A stretch of DNA of 64,000 bases from Eledone cirrhosa (GCA_964016885.1 OZ024750.1:13950001-14014000), one strand, 5' to 3'. Positions 1-13,352 are shown, counted from the first letter of the stretch. Notes: generated from the sequence alone by a model not told the origin. Program-made: numbers and translations.

Positions 1-80
1 TCCTGCGGACCCTGATGTGCACACACAGCTCATAGAGAACACATGGAGCCGTGCAAAGAAGAAGCTTCGTCGCCAGCATG
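1..80 (+). mobile_element. Merlin/IS1595-like (ISXO2 DDE) transposase remnant
   Basis: Translation ...DP.VHTQLIENTWSRAKKKLRRQH resembles the HTQxIExxW..K motif of Merlin/IS1595 transposases; truncated by the window edge. Confidence 0.55.
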
Positions 81-611
81 TTTCGTTTAAACACACACAA
101 AATGTAAACACGACGTTCGAAAATGAAAATAAATTTACTTTCATTATTGCGACCGCTAAAAGTCATGTATGCCTCGTTTGTTATATTTGGAGAGGCTCAT
201 GTTGTCCTAATATTGCCCCAAAAATAGTAAAACATACTCATTGTTTGGTTTGGTTTTCGCTTCAGTATAATTTTATATTTCTATAAATAATTTTTAATAA
301 CAATTATGCAAATATAATGTACCTGTGTTTTATTAATTCTTCAACGTGTATAAAAATATAATAATATAATTCATTGAACAATAATGATAAAAGAAAGAAA
401 ACAGGGGGGGGGGGCAGTTCACCACCAAGTGTGACATTCGGCCGCACCTGACACCTTAGGGGTTAACTACACTCTTTGAGGCAAGCCAACACGCTCGCAG
501 CATTACTACAGGTGATGGCGAGGCTAAGGCGCTGAATCAACCAGGGACCCCCACGGGCATCACCTGACACCTCAGTAAGGTGAACCACCAGTGATGACAA
601 GAAATTCGCTG

Positions 612-800
612 TCAGCGCCCAACTCCACCAAACGTCTCGAACACCACAGGCTGGAAAAAATAATTATTTGATAAGTCCTGGTATTTCCGAACTTTATTCC
701 GTTCGGGAGCGGAAGCAGTGAACCAGTGTCCCACATTCACCTCGGTGTCCATAATGTTGGAGGGAGCAAAAGAGTCACTAACTGTGACGTCCCAGATGCG
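612..800 (-). mobile_element. CRE/REL-endonuclease-type non-LTR retrotransposon C-terminal fragment
   Basis: WDVTVSDSFAPS...K.RKYQDL...FQPVVFETFGG resembles the restriction-like endonuclease region of CRE-like LINEs. Confidence 0.65.
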
Positions 801-814
801 GCATAATTTAACTA

Positions 815-1110
815 GCAATCAATATTTATCATTGATTGACCAACAGTTAAAAAATAAATATAATTGAAGATGTCACAGATATGTGCGACGAAAGAACTCT
901 GAGAATTTATGTTTATATTTTTAACTTTTTTCGTTAATTAATGAGGAACATTGATTGCCAGCTGAATTATTTATAGAAATATAAAAATATACTGAAGCGA
1001 AAAACAAACCAGACAATGCGTGTGTTACTATTTTTTTCGGCATCATTAGGACAACATGACCCTCCCCAAATATAACAATATATGTTTCAACACACAATTT
1101 CATATCAAAG
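815..1110 (+). mobile_element. Short interspersed element with degenerate hammerhead-like core and inverted 5' segment
   Basis: TTGAAGA-TGTC ACA GATA TGT GC GAC-GAAA at 864-893, flanked by an imperfect inverted repeat (about 815-863 / 907-958). The downstream body recurs at about 170-290(-), 39769-39910(-), 40468-40640(+) and 58760-58860(+). Confidence 0.5.
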
Positions 1111-1486
1111 ACATTGCAAAATAAATACTACGCCGCTGTATTTCGTTTATATTTGATGTGCACATCAAAAGTAGTAGCCATGTAATAGTCGACCACATAA
1201 ATTTAACCTTAAAAAATGGTCAAACAATTCAACTTTTACACAAGTAAATACGGTATATATATATATATACATCCATCCAGAACAAACCAAAGCTATCCAA
1301 GAACTCAAGCAAATGTAATCCATTAACTTACATTCGACTTCACTCACCAGGACCACACTATACAAGCTGAGAAATGTATAGGTAAATGAGTGAGGTAGAT
1401 AGAGGACAGAATTATCAAACTCTGAATTGTCATAGGCAATAAATTGAGAAGAGTTATCTCCACCTATTACAACTAGGAGTAATTAA

Positions 1487-1675
1487 CCCTTTAGCATTTA
1501 CAATACTCTATATATACTATTATATTTTCACATAATATCGAATCTATGAGATTTTGATATTATTTAGGTTGAGAACAATACCTTAGCATCACTATGAATG
1601 GCCAATTACAGTCGGTTTGAACAGAAAGAGGTGAGAGAATTCTGGCCGGATACAGCCGTTTTAAATGCTAAAGGG
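1487..1675 (+). mobile_element. piggyBac-derived MITE
   Basis: TTAA-CCCTTTAGCATTTA...TAAATGCTAAAGGG-TTAA: terminal inverted repeats plus TTAA target duplication; about 7 copies in the window. Confidence 0.85.
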
Positions 1676-1714
1676 TTAAAGAACAAAAACACTGTTCCTA
1701 TGAGGAACAAATGA

Positions 1715-3230
1715 CTTCTATAATAGATGACATTGGCTTCAATGGACATGTTGGTCAGTATCCAGTATCAGGGTGGTTATGTTGGAGTACACAGTAGCTA
1801 TGGATATGGCTTGATAAATGAATTGGAATCAAGACTTCTAGAATTTTGCTAGAATGCAACTGGCTGGACTATTTACAGCACTAATTTCAGGAAACTGGCT
1901 AACCTCTTGATTACCAACCAATTAGTTGAACACACAAGTCAGATTGACTTTTTACTTGTTAGAAAACAGGATAGACATGTGGTTACGATTGCTAAGTTCT
2001 TTCCTGGAGAAGAATGCACTACCCAACATAACTTAGTTATTAGTGATATCTGCACATACATAGGAACATTTGGAGAAGGAGAGTATGGAAGCTAAAGGAA
2101 CGACACCAAATATAATCATTAAAGCTAAGAGACAGGCATGGAAAGACAGGAAAAATGTGAGCAACAAAGAGCAATATCAAGTAACTGAAAGAGAAGCTAG
2201 CTTGTAGTTATACATAGCATGCAGTTTGCCTATGTCCTGCAATGTGAGGTGTTGTGAATCAGGATGTTGAGAATGACACTTCTAAACAAAAAAATAAGAA
2301 GCCTGGGGTTGTTATTATAAGAGATTGATGAATGGGAAGAAGAGAAACTATTTTCAGTTGTAGGGTCAAAGATGTAATCAGGGAGATGGAAAATGGGAAA
2401 GCTGTTGCACTCAGAAATAGTCACTGAGATGCTGAAATTCTCTAGTCAAGTAGGAGACAAGATAGTCACCTGCATAATCAGTCAGGTAATACGGTAAGTG
2501 GTAACATCAAATGACTGACATAGTAATATAATCATTCATTTTTACGAGGGGAATAGGTGATGCTTTAGAAAGGAGAAACTGTAGAGGCATAAAACTGATA
2601 GATCAAGTTATGACAGAGTTTTAGCTTAACTAATTAGGGAAAAAGATTAGATGAGGTACAGTTAGATTTTTGTATCAGGGATGAACAGCACAGATACTCT
2701 TGTCTTAAGACAACTACCAGAGAGGTTCCTAGCTTAGTGTAAGCCCCTATGCCTAGCCATTGTAGATCTGGAAAAGGTGGTAGGTGTTCATCAGTTCTCT
2801 ATTCTCAGCCCACTACTAATTATTATAGTTCTCCAGTCAAAGAGAAATTTAAGACTGGCTGCCCATAAAAAACTCTGTATGTTGACAACCTGGTTCTTAC
2901 AGCCAAATCTTGTGAAGAAATTCTGGTTGTGGAAACAGAACTAAAAATCAAAAGGGTTCAGAATAAATTTGGCAAAAACCAAACTTTTAATAAGTAGGAA
3001 AGAAGACAGGATGCTGATCCCATCAAGGAAGTGGCCTTGCTTGATATGTAGAAAAGGAGTAGATAGAAACTATATGATGACACAATGTAAATCTTAGGTA
3101 CACAAGTGGTGTAGTGGGATAGCAGGCAAACTAAAAGAGTATAGACTTTGTATGTGGTAGATGTACTGGGGTTGTTCATTGTAAGAACATCAGTGAAAAA
3201 CTTCTTTCCAATCTTGTGAAGGTTCCATAG
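1715..3230 (+). mobile_element. Highly decayed RTE-like LINE (APE endonuclease to RT)
   Basis: Frameshifted fragments FNGHVG..GVHSSYGYG, SQIDFLLVRK..EECTTQHNLVISD, YRGIKL.D and LYVDNLVL, typical of RTE ORFs. Confidence 0.75.
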
Positions 3231-3587
3231 AAGTATCTATGTTCGGGGTCTAAACAATGACTGACAGACATATGTAGATTGGAAACCAACAACTATTGAA
3301 AGCTAAAGATGTCACAAGCTCTCCTATCGAGATGTCATAAGTAGAGGACTCTCATATCGATGTTCAGGATCGAGGCAAGGCAATGAAGGACAGACCTAAG
3401 TGGGGATCTATTATTGAGTCTATTTTGACTGAGGCTGTAGGATGAAGATGTGCATTATTGTGAATACTGAATATATACTGCATTGCCTTCATCTTAATAT
3501 ATTGCTGGTGTGATATTATAAATTCTGTAGCATGGAACTGTGAATTCAATGTTAGTAAAATTTGAACTGACAAATATGTGGTATTAA

Positions 3588-3808
3588 TCCTTTAGCATTT
3601 ACATTACCCTATATATAGTATTGTATTTTTGTTGTAAAAGCTTTATCTTATATAATTATCTCTCATAATATTGAATCTATGAGATTTTGATGTTATTTAT
3701 TTTGAGAACAATACCTTAACATCAGTATGTGTGGTCATATACAGGTTGTTTGAACAGAAAGAGGTGAGAGAATTCTGGCTGGATATGGCCGGTTTAAAAG
3801 CTTAAGGG
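3588..3808 (+). mobile_element. piggyBac-derived MITE
   Basis: Same family as 1487-1675; TTAA flanks and slightly degenerate TIRs. Confidence 0.8.
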
Positions 3809-6800
3809 TTAAGTTAAGTTAGATACAATTGAAGTAGCTGCATCAATTCTACTTTCTTATTATCTCTTAGACTATTAATAGACAATAGACTTGTTTAATT
3901 GAAGCAGGAAAATAGATTAAAGTGATGAATATTTTGGCATTAAGTCTCTCACAGCATCTTGTAATTAATAATAACAAAAAAAAACAAAGCAAACAATTTG
4001 TGATTAAATGTCAGCTGGGGCCTTTTATAAATAACTGTTTGATTCTATAAACCACACACGTTGATTTAAATCTCAACAACCTGTAATGATTTAGCAGATA
4101 TCTAGAGTATCTACGAACAAGTTTGTTACTTCAAATGTTTATAGTATCTTTTTTAGTATACAGATTGTTGTGAACATTTGCAGAATTAGAGTTAAGACTT
4201 CAATTTTTAATGTGATGCAGTCATAGTGTTTTGTATTTTTCAAGAACATCTTGTTAATGCAGTTTCATGTGGTACAGGACGTTAAGAGTTAATGTTTATT
4301 TTCACTGCTGGCATGGTTTGGATGAGTCTTTAATATAGTATATTTTATACATTTAACTCTTGTTTCGTCCCATATGTGAGGCCCGACATTGACATACCTA
4401 ACTAAGCTATTTCTTTCTAAATTTCCATTGGTATACCTTGATAACCCCCCCCCCCCCTCCTTCCATAAAAAAATGGAGAGCTGTGTTGGAAAAGACCCAT
4501 CTAACCCATGCAAGCATGGAAGAAAAAATGGATATAAAACTGTGTATGTGTAAATATGCATATATATGTGCATGTGTTTGTCTTGTATGTCTTCACATTG
4601 ATACCACTTACGCAGCCAGTGATGTTACTTGAGTGTGTAGTAGAGAGATCCTGGGACCACTCCAGGTAGGGCCACTTCTCTGCATCGAAAGCTCACAACT
4701 CCAGTACTATGGACATATGGTTAGAATGTCTATTGAAAGAATCACTGGATATATTTTACAGGCAAAACCAACTGACCAACTGAGGTAAATCATGAGCAAG
4801 AAGATTGCATAACACCCACAATCTCTGTTGGTCTCACTTAGGGAGCCAGTTGCTTCTGATAGGACACTCTAGATGGCATGCCAGAGGACTCTGCCAGTCC
4901 CCGTTACCTTCTCTGGAATAAGTAGGCAAAGAAGAAAGAGAACTGTTTAAAATCTATGATTATATTTCATAGAAGCAAAGGTGGGTATCAAAAGGGTCAA
5001 CTAATTAAGAATGTCATTTATCCCAATGACCTTCAAATATCTATGTTTGGAAATAATTTCTATGAGTGGGACAATGTAAATATTTATTCAGGAGAAATCG
5101 GAAATCAACCGCTTATCAGTCTGTTGTTTATGAACCTTACCCCAACCTCTAGTGAATAATTAGTTAGTAGTAAGCTATAACATCATTAATCCTGTCAATA
5201 GAATCAGTGCCAATATGACTTTAATAACACTCTGCTCAGTTACAAACAAGAACTGTTGTCTCTGTTGCTAGGTAGTCTTTAGTTTAACATATCATTTCAG
5301 GTGGCATGTGTCATCTATATATATAGCAAATGTTTGACAGCAGCCATACAATAATACAATTCCTTGTATTGCTTATGGTTTGTTTTTTATTATTTTGCTT
5401 GAAGATTTTTTTCTGTTTTACCCCTTTAACAAGAAAGGTGTTTAAAAATGTTTGACAGTTAAGCTGTTTTGATTTTTTGTTGTTTAGTGAATCTTGCAAA
5501 GAATAACTTTTGGTAAGTATAATATATAATAGCTCCTGTAGATGTAGAGATAGTTTTCCTTGTCTTATCTTCCATGGGCTTCATGTTCCTACAGATTTCA
5601 CATTTACATATTTTTTATTGCTGGTATTTAGGCAACTGGAAATGTTTTCTAAATATCAAATTCTCAGATAGGATAAAGTATCCAATTTTTATTTCATGAC
5701 ACCAACAGTTTGTAGAGATATGCATCTTCTCCCAAGAGTAAAAACCAAATGGTAATGGTTGAGTTTGAACTGAAAACTTTTAGTCTAAGAATTCTTTCTA
5801 ACATCAGTACAAGGTCAGCAATCCCAGTATTTAACTGATACTATATTTTATCGACCATGTCACAGTCAGGTCAAGCTTCAGCCTGCTACTGGAACCATCT
5901 AACCCAGCTTCATGGTTGAGCGGTCGGTGACTAAACCAGCTCCCCTACTAGACCCTAATCTGACATCCTAGCCAAATATGTTTTGTTAAGTCTTATATTA
6001 ATACATATAGTAATTTATAGCAGTATGTTATTTGAAGGCTGTAGATTTGGGAATAAATTGAAGGCAATGAAGATGTTGTGTGTGACCTGTTATTTTGTTT
6101 ACCTGTCCTAATATTTCAGGTCTAAAATCCCTTTGTCAGGAGACTATAAGAAACTGGCTTTTAGTAATTTATTTTTTATTTTAGGTGTTTGATGATTTTC
6201 ACAAAAAATTATTTATAAATTTTATTTTATAAAGTGTTTCATATATATATATATATAGAACTTTGTTTTCAAATACAAAAACTGGGAAGAAGTAAGTGGA
6301 GAAATTATATCAGCTCAAAATACAGTAATTTATTAAATAAACCGTACATAAGGTTGTTTCATACTTCCTTAAACATTTTTTTCAAACACATATATATATA
6401 TATCATCATTGTTTAATGTCTAAATTTCCTACTCCATAAACACTCCTATCAACAGTTTTAAAAAAAAATGACAAAATGAACAGACCTGCTTTTTCTCGAA
6501 GAAATTTGTTTTGTTTCTGTTCCTGTCCATTCTCCCCTATCTTTATAATTCTTCTTTAGTTCCCATTCTATTTTCTAATGATGGACAAGTGTCCCAAATG
6601 TTAAAACTTTTCTTATATTAAGTGTGAAACTAATATATATCTTCATTGTACTTCGTCTGTTGTGTTGCTTCTGTTTATTTTTTACATACACACATATATA
6701 TATCATCATCATCATCGTTTAATATCTATTTTCCATGCTAGCATGGGTTAGACGGGTTTGTCCTACAAGAGGCAAGTTGGGTCAGGTGACCATGTCTCGC

Positions 6801-6852
6801 TCATATAGGACTGTATCTAGCTAGATTTCTATGGCTGGATGCCATTCCTAAT

Positions 6853-6902
6853 CTGATGAATGAAGACAGACATAAATATCTGTCTTCAAGAAACCACTGG
6901 TA
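6853..6902 (+). ncRNA. Hammerhead ribozyme core (stem I 5' strand lost)
   Basis: CTGATGA, perfect 10-bp stem II (TGAAGACAGA/TCTGTCTTCA), GAAAC-CACTG-GTA. The upstream side is replaced by SINE sequence, so stem I is poor. Confidence 0.5.
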
Positions 6903-7002
6903 AATGAATTAATTATCTTATGTTGTTTATTACATAACTAAAAAGCTCTGTAGCCTACATAGAACACTCTCTTTTCCTTTACCTTTCCTACGGAAATACT
7001 TC

Positions 7003-7041
<39 letters not shown>

Positions 7042-7079
7042 TAGAAGGGATATTTAATTTGTTGGAAATCCGACAAATA

Positions 7080-7136
7080 TTTATCTGAAGAAAGCGTACC
7101 AAAGTGTTTTGGTACCTTTGAAATATATATAATAAA
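7080..7136 (+). ncRNA. Type I minimal hammerhead ribozyme
   Basis: Stem I TTTAT/ATAAA; CTGAAGA 7085-7091; stem II containing GTACCAAA/TTTGGTAC; GAAA; palindromic stem III TATATA; AUA site. Same family as the 40.1, 45.0 and 51.9 kb copies. Confidence 0.7.
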
Positions 7137-7377
7137 ATAAATATGGTTTTATAAATATAGTTTCCATTTATTTAATATCATTGTATATTAGTTGTCATGA
7201 CTCCCAGGTCTGCCCTGGCCCGGGGTGGTAGTACCTGTTAGGGCTCCATTTATGGGTTAAATAACTACCTTATTCGAGTGGCGCCGGTAAGGTAATGTCA
7301 GCCATTGAAAAGAAATATGGAGAGTCGATATATATATATATATTTTTTTTTACTTTTGCTATTTCAGTGGTTAAGTC

Positions 7378-8145
7378 ATGGGAACAACTCTATATGACTG
7401 TCTTCTGGAAGTGCATCTTGAGAGATATTACCCGTCATTCATAACCTGTGGCATATTTAAAGCTGAGTCATTACTTAAACTAACACCGCGAGATTACGGC
7501 GCATTCGGGCTAAACACTACTGAAGAAAGACATCGTCTCTATGAACTCATCAATTTGCTAAGATCTGTCTTCAATTCACCCAGTCATGCAACATCTCGTC
7601 CCAGAGTCGAACACAAACGGTCACTCAGCTATGGAGGCAATACCAAGAAAACGACAAAATCTTCACGGTCGTCTACACCCCCACCTCCACCTCCACCCCC
7701 ACCATCACCACTTCATGCTACTCCTGATTCCCTATCTAACCTTAAAACCCAAATGACGCTTGAACAGATTCTAAAACAGGAAAGATCTAATTTCTCATTT
7801 ACGCAGGAGTCTCAGACACCCCCTTCTAACACAGACACTCTCTCAACTAGCGTTGCAGAGAACTTTAATTCTAATTTTTCAGCTAATGTATCACGTAGTT
7901 TAGGTAATTATCCAGTTGAAAGAGTCACACAGAATTCTTCGTATAATTATGGAGTACCAAGGATCAAGAGAAGAGTACCTGCAAGTAGTCTTTGTTCAGT
8001 AAGAGATGAAAAAATTCTAGTTTGTGTACGCAAAAGACCTTTAAAAAGGAAAACCGATATGGATGTGGTTGCAGTGAAGAAAAATAATACTGTTATAATC
8101 AATGAAATGAAACTTGCAGTTGATCTCTCTTCATATATTTTACAG
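7378..8145 (+). CDS. KIF24: Kinesin-13 KIF24-like, coding exon 1 (SAM domain, Pro-rich linker, motor start)
   Basis: Acceptor ttcag at 7363-7367 and ATG 7378; SAM-like LYDCLLEVHLERYY...RLYELI; KILVCVRKRPL and AVDLSSYILQ; donor GT at 8146, phase 0. Confidence 0.93.
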
Positions 8146-8194
8146 GTAAATGACACTTTTTACATCTCTTGCTAAACGTAAGGTGGTTTCATAA

Positions 8195-8415
8195 ACCTTT
8201 AGCATTTACATTACTCTATATATACTATTGTATTATTGAAATAAAGACCTTATCTTACATAATTATCTCACATAATATCGAATCTACAAGATTTTTATGT
8301 TATTTATTTTGAAAACAATACCCTAACATCAGTATGAGCGGCCAGTTATGGTCAGTTAGAAAAGAAAGAGGTGAAAAAATTTGGGCTGAATAATGCTGGT
8401 TTAAATGTTAAAGGG
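8195..8415 (+). mobile_element. piggyBac-derived MITE
   Basis: Same family; ends TAAAGGG-TTAA. Confidence 0.8.
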
Positions 8416-8713
8416 TTAAACATGTCTAATTATCTGTATTATAAACATGTGTATTAGATTAAGGGCATTTTAAATCTGACAGAGCCCATCCCCACTTTAG
8501 GTCTGAACACAGCTGATTTCTTTGAGAGGTAGAGAAAGGGGGAAGTAGGAAAGAGATATAGAAGAATCACCCCCCAGCATGGGACTGGTACTATTTTTTT
8601 TATCGATCTTGAAAGGATGAAAGGCAAAGTTGTTGATGGGTTTTGGATTTAGTACAGAAACCCACAATGAATATTGCAAAGCATTCTATGTAATGTTCTA
8701 ACAGCTCATTCTT

Positions 8714-8749
8714 TCTTCTGATGAAGGACTAGCATCCGAAACGTTAAGA
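8714..8749 (+). ncRNA. Minimal hammerhead ribozyme (palindromic AACGTT stem III)
   Basis: TCTT-CTGATGA-A-GGA CTAGCA TCC-GAAAC-GTT-AAGA: stem I TCTT/AAGA, stem II GGA/TCC, GUU site. Related decayed copies at about 6575 and 35031. Confidence 0.65.
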
Positions 8750-8921
8750 CCCTCTTCCTGCTATATCAAACATTAACCTAATATATCCCTTCCATATACT
8801 GTACCGATTGTGTTGTTATTTCTGTTTATTTTTCATACATACATATATACACCCCTTAAGGGTGAAAGCAGTGATTCTTTGCTTAAACTTTAATGTTATT
8901 TTAATAAATATATATATATGT

Positions 8922-9263
8922 ATCATTTCATTCATTTCATTTTTACGTCTGCTTTTCCCTGCTTGCAAGGGTGGGACGGGAACTGATTCTGGCTTGATTT
9001 CTACAGCTGGATGCCCTTCCTAACACCAACCTCATTTACAGTGAGTGCTGGGTGCTTTTTTTCCGTGGCGCCTACACGTTCACTTTACAGTGGAATGATA
9101 TGGACCCCAGTCCCTATCATCTCATTTCTACAGCTGAGTAAACTGGAGCAATGTGAAATAAAGTGTCTTGCTCAAGGAAACAACACATCACCCGGTCTGA
9201 GAATTGAACTCACAACCTTTCGATTGCAAGGCCAATGCTCTAACCACTAAGCCATGTGCCTTC
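8922..9263 (-). mobile_element. tRNA-derived SINE family B (RTE-like 3' tail)
   Basis: On the minus strand: A box TGGCTTAGTGG, B box GAGTTCAATTCTC, CCTTGAGCAAGACACT core, GTTAGGAAGGGCATCCAGC tail. Other copies at about 19933-20230, 21109-21383, 22058-22346, 29755-30008 and 31580-31801. Confidence 0.8.
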
Positions 9264-9529
9264 AATACGTTGAGAATAACAATTGTGTAGAAGCACATCC
9301 TGATCAATGAGGAGTTTTGTATTAAATAAAACATATAAAATAAAATTAATAAAAATTGTATCACGGTAAATTTCATAAGTAATTGTACTGAAATTTCATA
9401 AGTAATTGTACTGAAATTACATAAGTAATTGTACATTCAGTACTCTTCACTTTCTTGACATTTGTACTATACATGCACCTTTGATGAGTTGTAGTGCACC
9501 TGAGCACTATACACAGTAATTTTCATTAG

Positions 9530-9935
9530 CATCATACACCATGCTTTTCAGCATAGAGTTATGGCCTTTTATGATCTGAGTTCAAATCCCGCCGAGGTTA
9601 ACTTTGCCTTTTATCATTACGGGGCCGATAAAATAAAGTACCAGTCACGTACTGGGATCGATTTAATCGACTTTTCGCTCCCCCCAAATTACTGGCCTTG
9701 TGCCTATACTAGAAATCATTATTATTATTATTATTATTATTATTAGGGTGGTGGTTTGTCGTATCGGTAGAGTGTCAGACACCATGCTTTGCGGTATAGA
9801 GTTATGGCCTTTTACGTTCTGAGTTCAAATTCCACCAAGGTTAACTTTGCCTTTCATCCTTACGGGTCGATAAAATAAAGCACCAGTAATGCACTGGGGT
9901 AATTGCTGGCCTTGTGCCAAAAGTAGAAACATTAT
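9530..9935 (+). mobile_element. Two tandem copies of tRNA-derived SINE family A
   Basis: GAGTTCAAATCCCGCC B box, TTTGCCTTTCATCCTTACGGGGTCGATAAAATAAAGTACC core, (ATT)n tails. Confidence 0.8.
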
Positions 9936-9987
9936 TATTAGCATTTTTATTATCAATATTATCTGTATTTTTTCTTCTTTTTTACAG

Positions 9988-10085
9988 CATAAATTCTTTT
10001 TTGATGTTGCTTTTGATCAAGAATCCAGCAATGAAGAAGTTTACCAAAAAGTTGGCAAACCTTTAGTAGAGTGGCTTTTTGAAAA
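9988..10085 (+). CDS. KIF24: KIF24-like coding exon 2
   Basis: tttacag acceptor; HKFFFDVAFDQESSNEEVYQKVGKPLVEWLFE; donor gtaag at 10086, phase 2. Confidence 0.93.
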
Positions 10086-10391
10086 GTAAGACACCATTAC
10101 AAGTTTGTTATCTGCAGATGTTATAAATTCTAGTGATAAGCCTTACAAAGATTTTGTGAGACTAGGTATGTATGGACCTGTAAAATACCAGTCAGTTACT
10201 GGGGTTGGTTTAATTGACTTACCCTGAAAATTGATGTCTTAGGACATGTGATGCATATAGAGGATGATAATTGTTAGGTGAAGAAGTACCAAGAAATCCC
10301 AGTGGAAAGAAACTGTAGTATAGGGAGTTGAAGGATATTGATATAGTGTGTATATATGATATATATAAAGTTTATATAGTGTGTATATAAT

Positions 10392-10572
10392 TGTTTCTAC
10401 TTTAGGCACAAGGCCAGCAATTACCCAGTGCATTACTGGTACTTTATTTTATCGACCCCGTAAGGATGAAAGGCAAAGTCAACCTCGGCGGGATTTGAAC
10501 TCAGATCGTAAAGGGACGTAACTATGCTGGAAAGCATGGCGTCCGACCCTCCACCGATACTGCCAATCCACC
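10392..10572 (-). mobile_element. SINE family A with 13-bp target site duplication
   Basis: Near full-length copy flanked by GTGTGTATATAAT at 10379-10391 and 10573-10585. Confidence 0.85.
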
Positions 10573-12120
10573 GTGTGTATATAATGTATATAAATGAGTT
10601 GCAATGTCACTGGAGCCAAGCTGTATTGGCCCTTGTCTTTCCCATGGACAACATCGGTCGCTTGGAGAGGGGAGGCGACCGGTGATCTTTTACAAACAAC
10701 CTTACCCAGACTTGTGCCTTGGAGGGGAACTTTCTAGGTGCAAATCTCATGGTCATTTGTGATTGAAGGGAGTCTTTACCCAATACTAGAATAGGTGGCA
10801 AATTGGCAGAGTCGTTAGAATGTCAGATAAAATACTTTGCAGTATTCGTTTCAGTACTCAAATCCTGCCGAGGTCGGTTTTGCCTTTCATCCATATTTGC
10901 ACATTAATTCCACAAGTCTGTTCCCTTGATTGAATCAACCAGAGTACTTATCATTTTTGCAGTTGATAAAAAAGTCTAGTACTGGGGTTGATTCTTCTTT
11001 TATATCTCTTTCTCATTCCCTCCTCTTCTCTTGAGAGTAGATGGGCTCTACCATGTTTAAAATGCCCGAGACAATGTATGTTACTATAGAGCCCCTATTA
11101 CACCCTCGAATGTTCATACATACGTAATACTAAACTTATAATATCATTACTTGAGCTATTTCTGAATCAAGGAACGCCAGGATAAGGAATTACCTCCCTT
11201 GTTCTATTTGAGATGATTCAGTATGAGAACTATGAGACATCTACCTAACATAAGCCTTATCGAAAGGAAGTTTATCAAGTTTTTCAGGAGATAATAGGGT
11301 TAATAATACGTTTAGATTAGATTATTAAGTAGTTTTCTATATTTTCGGGTTCTTAGTTGGCTTTTGATGGAACATTGTCTCACAATATAGAAAGTTAGGA
11401 CTTAAGAGTTATTATTAAGAACATAGATTTATACATGTATAAATGTGAAAAAGATGATCATATAGATTTATGTATATATTTATTGATACTATTAAATACT
11501 ATTATTTTTCTATTTACTTGATATCGTGTACAGTGTTTTAAGTATTCATATGGAAGAAACATTCATGGCTATATCCTCACCATCTGTCTATTTTCTGTGC
11601 TACAGAAACATCTAATACTTTATTGGCAATGAAATGTTTTGTAATAAGTATTAAATGAAGCATTTAAAATAAAATTAATAAAAATTGTATCATGTTAAAT
11701 TTCATAAGTAATTGTGCTGAATGCCACCTCCCTCTCCGTAGGGTAGAGCAGGCTTTTGAGTTGAGTCAATGATGGCCACCTTTCCAGGGCTGGTGCCACC
11801 TCTGTAAGGTGGTTGATGATAGGAAAGGCACCCTGCTGTAGAAACCATGCCAAAAGAGTCGAGAGAACTTTTTTGTTGTGTCAGGGGCATGACAACCTTT
11901 CTAATGTTGGTGAACTACATGATAAACGCACCTAATAGAAAACTTGCCAAACAAAGAGTGAGGAGGATTTTCAGTTGTGTCAAAGACACGACAACCTCTC
12001 TAGTGTTGGAGATTTACATGATAAATGCATCCAATACTGTACCCTATCCCCTCAGACTATTGTAATGAAAATTCTTATGGGAAATTGTGTTTTTAAAAAC
12101 TTATAAAAATATCTTTACAG

Positions 12121-12336
12121 AGGCCAATCCACAATCTTTACCTATGGTCAAACCGGAGCTGGCAAGACGTTTACAATGATGGGTTCTGAAGATAACCCTG
12201 GCTTATACGTATTAGCAGCACAAGACATTTTCTCAATTATTAAGAAGAAAACTTATGGTGATGGACTCCATTTGTGGTTGAGTTATTATGAAATTTATTG
12301 CAGTCAGCTTTTTGATCTTCTCAATGAAAGAAAACG
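12121..12336 (+). CDS. KIF24: KIF24-like coding exon 3 (P-loop)
   Basis: Acceptor tttacag ending 12120; FTYGQTGAGKTFTM P-loop and SYYEIYCSQLFDLLN; donor gtgag at 12337, phase 2 to 2. Missed by the ORF track. Confidence 0.95.
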
Positions 12337-13186
12337 GTGAGGACAAAGCATTGTATTAGTTTAAAAAAAAAATTAAATTTAAATTTAAAACAAAATTATT
12401 ATTTTGATTAGCTGATTGGCAGTACCAGTAGAGCATCAGACAACATGCTTTGCAACATATAGTTATGACACTTTACGTTCTGAGTTCAAATCCCACTGAG
12501 GTTAACTTTACTTTTCATCTTCACAGGGTCAATCGACTTTTCCCTCCCGCTGTGCCTAAATCAGAAACCATTAATTTGATTAGCAGATCTGCAAGGCTTA
12601 TTGTAGTTATTAAAGTCTGTCAAGGATAGGAATTTAAAATTTTCTTTCTTAGTATTCCAGTTTAAAAATCTCAATTGAGAAACATTTGCTAGTTATAAAC
12701 AAAAATAAATTTCAATTTCAAATTCTGTTTCCTTTTATTTTAATATATTTATGGCTTATAGGGCAGTGAATTGTTAGAATTGGTAGAAAATCTTTAAAAT
12801 ATTACTGTAGCATTTGTTCTAGCTTTTTCTATTCTAAGTTTAAATATTGCCATGGTCAACTTTGTTCTCTTTTTGTTCAAACTGACTGGAACTGGCCACT
12901 CATACTGTTGTTAAGGTATTGTTCTCAAAATAAATAACATCAAAATCTTGTAGATTTGATATTATGTGAAATAATTATGTAAGATAAAAGCCTTTGCCTC
13001 AAAGATACACTAGTATCATCATCATCATCATCTTCGTTTAACGTCCATCTTCCACGCTAGCATGGGTTCGTAAATGCTAAAGGGTAAATTAGAAATCAAT
13101 ATATTTACAACTTATAATAGTATGAAACCTTCCACTAATCACCATTGATCCCACAAAGATAATTGTTGTATTTAAACAATGTTTAA

Positions 13187-13352
13187 CCCTTTAGCATTTA
13201 TATTACTCTATATTTCAAATCTATGAGATTTTGATATTATCTATTTTGAGAACAATATCTTAACATCAGTATGAGCAGCTGGTTACAGCCGATTTGAACG
13301 GAAAGAGGTGAGAAAATTCTGGCTGGATACGGCCGGTTTAAATGCTAAAGGG
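13187..13352 (+). mobile_element. piggyBac-derived MITE (an inverted partial copy lies at about 12865-13085)
   Basis: TTAA-CCCTTTAGCATTTA...TAAATGCTAAAGGG-TTAA. Confidence 0.85.

Noticed and set aside
5488-5512. Possible 25-nt 5'UTR micro-exon of KIF24 (tttag...G|GTAAGT)
   Set aside because: Splice signals look good but such matches are common in AT-rich DNA; needs RNA evidence.
8107-8135. Kinesin-13 KVD finger reads AVD
   Set aside because: From memory, vertebrate KIF24 also has AVDL here, so this is a subfamily trait rather than a novelty.
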